Assembly: GCA_010909165.1 (NCBI GenBank)
Contig: MU008213.1
Location: 126,402 to 190,401 of the forward strand
DNA: 64,000 bases
DNA from: Anthoceros angustus
Lineage: Eukaryota > Plantae > Anthocerotophyta
Direction of reading: 5' to 3'
Positions 55,763 through 64,000 of this stretch are shown here, one piece after another (position 1 is the stretch's first letter; each line of letters starts with the position of its first letter). The notes beneath the pieces were generated by a model, which was not told the origin of the DNA, searched no databases, and worked only from the letters and a program-made list of their open reading frames with translations. The translations under genes and the position numbers were made by a program.

Positions 55763-57497
55763 TCGAAGGGTTCAAGCCGTCGATCCGATTCGGGTAGACA
55801 ATCGAGGAAAAAGAGGAAGGGATTGAGAGTCAATCGGTGGAGGGGCGCGGGTGGGAGGTCAACAAGTGCGGCGAAAACGAATGGCACATGATGTCCGAGA
55901 GGGGCAAGAGCTCCCAAAGTTCATAGAAGGCCAAGGGCAGTCTTGTAGCCACGGATGGACAGGCTGACGCGAGGTGGGGAGAGATGTTGCGAGGAGGCAA
56001 TTGCGGGAAAGAGAGTATGGGAGTCCACGTTAAAGCTGTCCATCAGCTTGTAGACCTCCGGAAGAACTATGTCGGTTTGGCAAGTCGTAAGCTAGACTGG
56101 CTTGGGTGGAGGCTTTGATGCAAAAGATGAAGCATTCCACGTGGGTGGTGTGTCTGCCCATGATTGTCATTGTAGACCCGGCCCGGTCCCAACAAGAACT
56201 TCTTTGACATGGATAAGGTGGATCGGGGTGTACAAATTTTATGTATTGGGAGGAATCATTCCTTCCAGCGATCTAGACTAGCCGACTTGTATCCATTGGT
56301 TCAAAATGCAGGTGGATGCAACGACTGGGATTTGGGTCTCCATGGCACTCGAAGGGTTCAAGCCGTCGATCCGATTCGGGTAGACAATCGAGGAAAAAGA
56401 GGAAGGGATTGAGAGTCGGCAATCGCGTGGAGGACGGGTGGGAGGTCAACAAGTGCGCGGCAACGAATGGCACATGATGTCCGAGAGGGGCAAGAGCTCC
56501 CAAAGTTCATAGAGAAGGCCAAGGGCAGTCTTGTAGCCACGGATGATGACGCTAGCGGCGACGAGGGGGAGAGATGTTGCGAGGAGGCAATTGCGGAAAG
56601 AGAGTATGGGAGTCCACGTTAAAGCTGTCCATCAGGTTGTAGACCTCCGGAAGAACTATGTCGGTTTGGCAAGGTACGTAAGCTAGACTGGCTTGGGTGG
56701 AGGCTTTGATGCAAAAGATGAAGCATTCCACGTGGGTGGTGTGTCTGCCCATGATTGTCATTGTAGACCCGGCCCGGTCCCAACAAGAACTTCTTTGACA
56801 TGGATAAGGTGGATCGGGGTGTACAAATTTTATGTATTGGGAGGAATCATTCCTTCCAGCGATCTAGACTAGCCGACTTGTATCCATTGGTTCAAAATGC
56901 AGGTGGATGCAACGACTGGGATTTGGGTCTCCATGGCACTCGAAGGGTTCAAGCCGTCGATCCGATTCGGGTAGACAATCGAGGAAAAAGAGGAAGGGAT
57001 TGAGAGTCGGCAATCGCGTGGAGGACGGGTGGGAGGTCAACAAGTGCGCGGCAACGAATGGCACATGATGTCCGAGAGGGGCAAGAGCTCCCAAAGTTCA
57101 TAGAGAAGGCCAAGGGCAGTCTTGTAGCCACGGATGATGACGCTAGCGGCGACGAGGGGGAGAGATGTTGCGAGAGAGGCAATTGCGGGAAAGAGAGTAT
57201 GGGAGTCCACGTTAAAGCTGTCCATCAACGGTTGTAGACCTCCAGAAGAACTTTGTCAGTTTGGCAAGGTACGTAAGCTAGACCTGGCTTGGGTGGAGGC
57301 TTTGATGCAAAAGATGAAGCATTCCACGTGGGTGGTGTGTCTGCCCATGATTGTCATTGTAGACCCGGCCCGGTCCCAACAAGAACTTCTTTGACATGGA
57401 TAAGGTGGATCGGGGTGTACAAATTTTATGTATTGGGAGGAATCATTCCTTCCAGCGATCTAGACTAGCCGACTTGTATCCATTGGTTCAAAATGCA
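55725..57497. repeat. 591-bp tandem triplication covering the start of the ParB-like gene
   Basis: Identical ORFs at 56209 and 56800 (offset 591); a third copy runs to ~57497. Confidence 0.95.
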
Positions 57498-59220
57498 GTG
57501 GATGGATGCATATGTTCTTGCTGGCCTCACAAATGAGGAGATGAGGTTAGTTGCCATCACAACACCATTGCGGATGCCGGAAGACTTTTACTTTCATCGA
57601 CCGTGTGAGGTACATCAGGCGAGATGAAGGCCGGGCTAGGCGATGGGGTGAAGTGTGACTTAGACGGAAGTTGGAGATATATGCCGGTGGCGGGGTTCCT
57701 AAGTGGGATGCGACCAAGCATGGACCTAAGGTCACTATCACCGCCTCGTGGATAACCGGACCTTTGGATTATTGTGTTGCGAAGGTTGATGATGAGGTGT
57801 GGAAGTAAATGGATGAAATCTTTGAGAAGTGGAGGCAAGCAGTTGCTGGCGGTGTGGAAGCTCGGGCTCTCACAACTCAAGGCGCTTCAAGGAAGACAAC
57901 AGTTAGAGCAAACTTGGTCATTGACACAAAGGAGCTTAGTATACCGGTGAGGGTATGGAAGTGTTTCGGCATCGAGCGAGCATGGGAACAACAACTTGAA
58001 GACAAGATGCATGAAAGTCTGGCTGGAGAATTGACATTGAAACAAATGTTCGTGTGGGTGGACAAGGCCAAAAAAAAACCTCATCCATGTGACCACGGCA
58101 TTTGCACTGAGACATTTGAAGAGGTTCGACGATATCCCGATTCGCATGGTGAATCAGTTAGTAACTTCCTGCCTTCAAAAATCAGTGGGTCCTCGATGAA
58201 CACTTAGCTATACCCAAATCGAGTTTCTCTCTTTGCTTCTTGTCCTTATAAGTCATGGAAAGTGGAGGCATTCACATTACATTCGAGCGGTGAACGTCCT
58301 TGCATTTGGTAGTGGGATGTGTCTTTCATGTGCAGCGTGCCAACACTTGCCTTGAGTGGGGTGCCCTACGAGAACTTCAAGGAGCACATATTCAAGGCGG
58401 AGCTTGGAAGCGGATGGAGGAGTCATAGCGTGCCTTGAAATCGACCACACGAGGATAAGGCGTGTGACAATCGTGAGCGACTCCAAGCCGAAAAACCCAG
58501 CAAGGTCGGGATCTTGTGTGGAACATAGTGAACATGGCCCGGTTTGTAGAGCCCGACCGTATGCTTTGTTGTTGTTAGACCTCCCGAGGCTTGGATCTAG
58601 ATCCCCAATCACGAGTATGACACAAGATTTACCAAGGCGAGTTTGAAGGGTCATCATGCGGTTCAAAGGCATCACCACATCCCGTATTTCGTATTGTGGT
58701 CTTCCATTCTCCGGATGACACATCTATGGTTAGAAGTCTTGATGGAAGCGTGCGGTCTTTGTGGCGACATGTTCGGCATAAAACCAATGTGACGGCATTG
58801 TCGAGGAGGGTGGATCACGATGCAGGACTTTTCACTTGCGCGAGCTTGGATAAGGATTGTGTGCCTCAACCGTTTGTGCTCGAGAACCGCAACTTGGCGG
58901 TGGGTGACAATGTTTGCGAGCGGCGGTGGAACTAAAATTGTGTTACAACTGCGGATGATCGGGTTGTTTCCCCTATCGAAGCCCCTAAGACTCTTGAAGA
59001 GGTTGATTCACTATCTGATGAGGAGATTGGGTCTTTGGGCAGGTGCGAGGATCAGTCGTATGATAGCTGTTATTATGTAATGTCATTTACATTGATGTGG
59101 ATCCAGTGCGCTCAATTCATGGACCTTGAATCAATTCCATGGACGGTGGCCGGAAGAGGAGGAGGTGGGCGAGGAGCGGCTATGGAGGCGGAAAGACGTT
59201 CAATAAGGAGCCCATGGTGA
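57065..59220 (+). CDS. ParB-like domain plus beta-class DNA amino-methyltransferase (N6A/N4C, N6_N4_Mtase-like), frameshifted as given
   Basis: ParB-like: VRKLDLAWVEALMQKM...PMIVIVDP...YKFYVLG(G)NHS...AYVLAGLTNEEMRLVA..HN; MTase: PYALLLLDLP (motif IV), VVSPYQKPLRLLKRLI, SDE.DWVF, AGSGMIAVA (motif I), NVIYIDVDP (motif II). Confidence 0.75.
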
Positions 59221-59727
59221 ACAACATGGCTGGTGCCGGGGTTCATATGTGTCGTTGAAGCGAGACCAACGAGGAAGCCGAGACCAAGGGTCATATGGCA
59301 AGTGGTGAAGCATGCAGCGACAACTCAATGGTCCTTGGGGATGCGGGCGGCAAGTGAAGGAGGCGAAGAGCACCCTCCTCGGGTGTGCTTGGCCCGGATG
59401 GTGGGATGTAGGATTGGAAAACTTTGCTTCACGGATCGAGGTGTGTCGTGCGGACGGTGGATAGGCTACGTGTTTGTTTCGAGGATTACGGTAGGAGGAC
59501 CGGTGTGGTCTTAAGCCGGACGGGGTGGTATCGCACTGGTAGAACGTGCATGCAAGCGGGCTATGAACACAACAAACACATCAGTGGCAAGGTCCTGGAG
59601 GCAGACCTAGACAACGAACACGGTCTTTGGTGGAGCACGCAAGCTAGGAAGCATGGGAGTGGTGGCGATTCGAGAATGTGTTCGGTGATTGGCCGGGTAT
59701 TTGATGGCGAGATCATGGGCGTCATTC

Positions 59728-61350
59728 TTTGCACTGAGACATTTGAAGAGGTTCAGAACGATATCCCGATTCGCATGGTGAATCAAATTAGTAACTTCCA
59801 CCGCCTTCAAAAATCTGGGTCCTCGATGAACACTTAGCTATACCCAAATCGAGTTTCTCTCTTGTCCTTCTTGTCCTTATAAGTCATGGAAAGTGGAGGC
59901 ATTCACACCGTACATTCGAGCAGTGCTTGCATTTGGTGGGATGTGTCTTTCATGTGCGTGCCAACACTTGCCTTGAGTGGGGTGCCCTACGAGAACTTCA
60001 AGGAGCACATATTCAAGGCCGAGCTTGGAAGCGGATGGAGGAGTCAACGTGCCTTGAAATCGACCACATAAGGATGACAATCGTGAGCGACTCCAAGCCG
60101 GAAAAACCCGGCAAGGTCGGGATCGTGTGGGAACATAGTGAACATGGCCCGGTTTGTAGAGCCCGACCGTATGCTTTGTTGTTGTTAGACCTCCCAGGCT
60201 TGGATCTAGATCCCCAATCACGAGAGACACAAGATTTACCAAGGCGAGTTTGAAGGGTCATCATGCGGTTCAAAGGCATCACCACATCCCGTGTATTTCG
60301 TATTGTGGTCTTCCATTCTCCGGATGACACATCTATGGTTAGAGAAGTCTTGATGGAAGCGTGCGGTCTGTGACATATTCGGCATAAAACCAATGTGACA
60401 GCATTGTCAGAGGACAGGCTGTACGATGCAGGGGACTTTTTCACTTGCGCCGCAGGGAGCTTGGATAAGGATTGTGTGCCTCAACCGTTTGTGCTCAGAG
60501 AACCGACGCAACTTGGCGGTGGAGTGACAACTGTGTTTGCCGAACGAGCAGTGGAACTAAAATTGTGTTACAACACTGCGGATGATCGGGTTGTTTCCCC
60601 CTATCAGAAGCCCCTAAGACTCTTGAAGAGGTTGATTCTGTATCTGATGAGGAGATTGGGTCTTTGGGCCGGGTCGCAGGATCGGGTATGATAGCTGTTG
60701 CTTATGTAATGTCATTTACATTGATGTGGATCCAGTGCGCTCAATTCATGGACCTTGAATCAATTCCATGGACGGTGGCCGAGGAGAGGAGGTGGGCGAG
60801 GAGCCCGCTATGGAGGCGGAAAGGCGTTCAATAAGGAGCCCATGGTGAACAACATGGCTGGTGCCGGGGTTCATATGTGTCGTTGAAGCGAGACCAACGA
60901 GGAAGCCGAGACCAAGGGTCATATGGCAAGTGGTGAAGCAGCAGCGACAACTCAATGGTCCTTGGGGATGCGGGCGGCAAGTGAAGGAGGCGAAGAGCAC
61001 CCTCCTCGGGGTGCTTGGACGGATGGTGGGATGTAGGATTGGAAAACTTTGCTTCACGGATCGAGGTGTGTCGTGCGGATGGATAGGCTACGTGTTTGTT
61101 TCGAGGATTCGGTAGGAGGAACCGGTGTGGTCTTAAGCACGGACCGGTGGTATGCCTTCACTGGTAGAACGTGCATGCAAGCGGGCTATGAACACAACAA
61201 ACACATCAGTGGCAAGGTCCCCGGAGACCTAGACAACGAACACGGTGCTGGTGGAGCACGCAAGCTAGGAAGCATGGGAGTGGTGACGATTCTGGAGAAT
61301 GTGTTCAGCAGCTGATTGACGCCGGGTATTTGATGAGCGAGATCATGGGC
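59728..61350 (+). repeat. ~1.63 kb tandem duplicate of 58099-59727 (second copy of the MTase domain and Cys-rich region)
   Basis: TTTGCACTGAGACATTTGAAGAGG starts both copies; ORF 60395-60691 shows SPYQKPLRLLKRLI intact. Confidence 0.92.
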
Positions 61351-62440
61351 GTCTGTTGCTGCACAGTCAGGCAAGGTATGGATTTCACAGAAACAACGGA
61401 CCGATTTCAAAGAAGCGCGTGCGGCGTCCATTCGTACAGACAGAGCAGATCAATACAATCGCCAAACTGTTCCTAATCTCCCTGCTAGGGAAGACTGTGT
61501 ATGTTGTAAACCCACGAGATAAAACAGCCGGTGTACGAAGATGACAATGGATGTCATGTGACAATCCAACTTGAAACACGATGTTCAACTTTCACATATA
61601 GCACTAACACCGCCTCGGTACACACATGTAGCAATATGACTTTCTCCAATTTTATCCTTGACCACCGCAGTACACTGGACATGTCGGTGCTCCTTTGCCC
61701 TCCACACCATTCTGCTGCTCCAACCCCGGAGTGGAATCCGGTGTTGATCAACACGTTGCGATGTCACGAGTTTGCACCGCCACTCCGCCTCAACCGAAAT
61801 TCCTTAAGGACCAAGCAATGAAGCGGCGGGATCACTCCAGCGTGATTGAAAGGAACGCCCATGTTGTGATTGCCACCAGTGCGGTCAACTTCCAATTCCA
61901 TCGCCCATGTGGAATTCTCGTTTGGTTCAGTCGGAGGTGAGGTCTCCATCGCATGCAAATATTCGATGGCAAGCCACTTCCAAACGATTCGCAGAGGCGG
62001 GTCGCGGCTCGGGTGTCTAGACATGGCGGGCGGTCAAATCTTCCTCCACTCCCGCCGACATTGGGCGGGAGATGCAAGGTTTATGCAGGCGTCCGGTGCC
62101 ACCACGACCCTCCCACTAATGTAGAGGGTGACCATGACGGTGGACACCGACTCAACACATATGGATTTTCCATTGCGCGTTTGCATTTTGTTGTCCATAC
62201 AAAGTTGCCACGATTTTCAAATCTGCGTTTATAGGCAATGTACCGTTAGCCAAACTAATATGAGATGAGGACATACAAATACGGAAAAGCAGATCCTCTA
62301 TGATTTGCTCCTAGGTTTAGGGGTTTTTAATGAAATCAGGAAAACATGGTTTTGGGTGGCTTTTGTATACCTTTCGACCCGGTGTACACCCTTCCAACTA
62401 GTGACCAGGAGCCGTCACCAGTCCTAAGGAGACCTTGTTC

Positions 62441-62767
62441 AAGGCGGACATCGTCCTGAAGATGTCGCGGGAGGCACCGAAAAAGGCGCGGACACGGGAA
62501 GCGCGCTTCGTACAAAGCCAGAAGATGATCAGACTGCCCCTGAAGCCAAAGCCAAGAGTCCGGAGAGGGCCCAAGAGGGGTACTTGGGGCCAGTGGGACA
62601 GCAGTGGAAGTAGACGAAGACGCAAGTCGCAGCTGAGCCTCCCAAGTCATCTGATCAAAATCCTTGTGGACCCGACCTATGTGGTTCCTGACTCCGCGAG
62701 GCTTGAATAATTTCCCACACACGGGACATGGAGTGTCCCTCACAGGGACGGGAGAAGAGGGCCCCAT
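62441..62767 (-). CDS. N-terminus of the CRE-clade retrotransposon ORF with a C2H2 zinc finger
   Basis: MGPSS...CPVCGKLFKPRGVRNHIGRVH...PRLFRCLPRHLQDDVRL, ending exactly at the TIR. Confidence 0.8.
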
Positions 62768-62880
62768 GCATCGAAAAAAGGAAAACCTAAAAAATTCCCC
62801 ATGAGTGTCTTAGTCTCTTCCGTTTAACAACAGGATGGTTCTACTGCCTAAGATAGGGGCCGCGAGTAAGAGCTTTCTAA

Positions 62881-63683
62881 CCCCTTAATGAAGGAACGGC
62901 TGAAATTGGGTCCTTTGCACACTATTTAGGTTCATGCGTGCCAATAAATCGGTTTTCTTGGCTAGGGTTGTGCAGCATGGCCTTCCTCCTATCTCAAGCA
63001 TAAAAAAATTAGACATCGGATGCATATTTGAATCAAGGAGAGAATACATCTGAAACATGGATCAGCTTCTTTGCAGACCTCAAAATTGGAAACGGAGACA
63101 TAGAGACCCTAAATTTGAAATCATGAGAAAGGGGGGCGTGTCCCGGTTCCTCGATGACCACACACCGCACTCCACTCAGCCACCTCACCTTACTACCTAG
63201 TAATCTAGCCACTGGAGAGAGTCTAGGTGGCGTGCCAACGTTAACCAAGGCATGGTGGTTGTGCACATGGAGTCCTGGTGCGTGGACGCATCTCCTCAAC
63301 ATTGTCTTGCAGTTGTCGTGTCCCACATGTTTTGTGTCAAACTCTAGCGTTTCGATCAAGCAATGGAAAGTTGGTTCGTCTCCACTCCAATGTATCGTAT
63401 TGTGGGCACTTGGTTATATTATGGCTCATGCAATTTGTGCTCGTCAAACTCACCATTCAAGGAAAGATATGGGGGTGTCTTGGATGATGGGTTTTATGCT
63501 GTTCGGCTCAACGGATGTGGTGATTTCGGACACGGTGGTACCTCGTTGGAAGCAAAATTCTCGATGAAATCTTGTTCTAATTCTTCCGTAATTTCATTTC
63601 ATAATTTTGGACAAATTTTTTTAAAATTACGTTTCGATAAATTTCCTCAAGAAAATAGCGCAGAAGGGGCCGTCCTTGAGGGG
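62881..63683. mobile_element. Non-autonomous piggyBac-like TIR element (~800 bp)
   Basis: CTAA|CCCCTTAATGAAGGAACGGC ... GCCGTCCTTGAGGGG|TTAA; no convincing ORF inside. Confidence 0.55.
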
Positions 63684-64000
63684 TTAACCTGATTAATTTA
63701 AGCACGCTAGAAACATGCTTTCTACTAAGGCTTGTCGTGGCCCTAACCTAATTCAGCGTCGGGATGATGACACACTGCTAAACTGTTCGAAGGTTGCAAG
63801 AAGAAGAAGAAGAAGGTTGCAAGGGGCGGGGGACTCTGGAAGGGAAAGCATTGGCCCTTGTCCGATGTGATGGGCCATCGAATGCTGCTGATATTGCAAG
63901 GCTGTCCGAAATTGCTGGCCGATGCTGGTACTACTGCTTTCGATTCGTTTGAGGCGAGCATCCCCGCAGAGGAACAAACAGGCGCAGATATGAGGGCGTC

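Larger units (their letters stand above)
47357..62440 (-). mobile_element. ~15 kb TIR DNA transposon (Sola1-like) carrying ParB-methyltransferase and JAB/MPN-like cargo
   Basis: TIRs GAACAAGGTCTCCTTAGGGCTAGTGAC (47357) and GTCACCAGTCCTAAGGAGACCTTGTTC (ends 62440); the flanks rejoin into one CRE ORF. Confidence 0.88.

Noticed and set aside
59035-59220. ULP1/C48 protease reading (YDSCYYVMSF)
   Set aside because: The alternative frame gives MTase motifs I-II in the correct position after QKP; no convincing His-Asp protease motifs upstream

Overview
Eukaryotic, transposon-saturated DNA with no recognisable host gene. A non-seed land plant is my inference from plant-type 5S motifs, a Met-PBS copia, and CACTA, Sola-like and CRE elements occurring together. 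The sequence is indel-noisy, so most genes were read across frameshifts by eye. In order it contains: a copia 3' end with LTR; a gypsy pol fragment; a CCCTA-terminated CACTA end; an RTE-like LINE RT; a Sola2-like element; a 70-bp tandem array derived from the 5S rRNA internal promoter; a full-length copia with LTRs, PBS, PPT and TSD; a CACTA element whose transposase is split by a ~14 kb CCCTA-terminated CACTA element (3-bp TSD); and a CRE-clade non-LTR element split by a ~15 kb TIR transposon. That 15 kb element (47357-62440) is the highlight. Besides a Sola1-like transposase it carries a ParB-like domain followed by a prokaryote-type beta-class DNA amino-methyltransferase, arranged head-to-head with a JAB/MPN-like gene. 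Six 0.6-1.8 kb tandem duplications with indel-dominated differences are probably long-read assembly artefacts.
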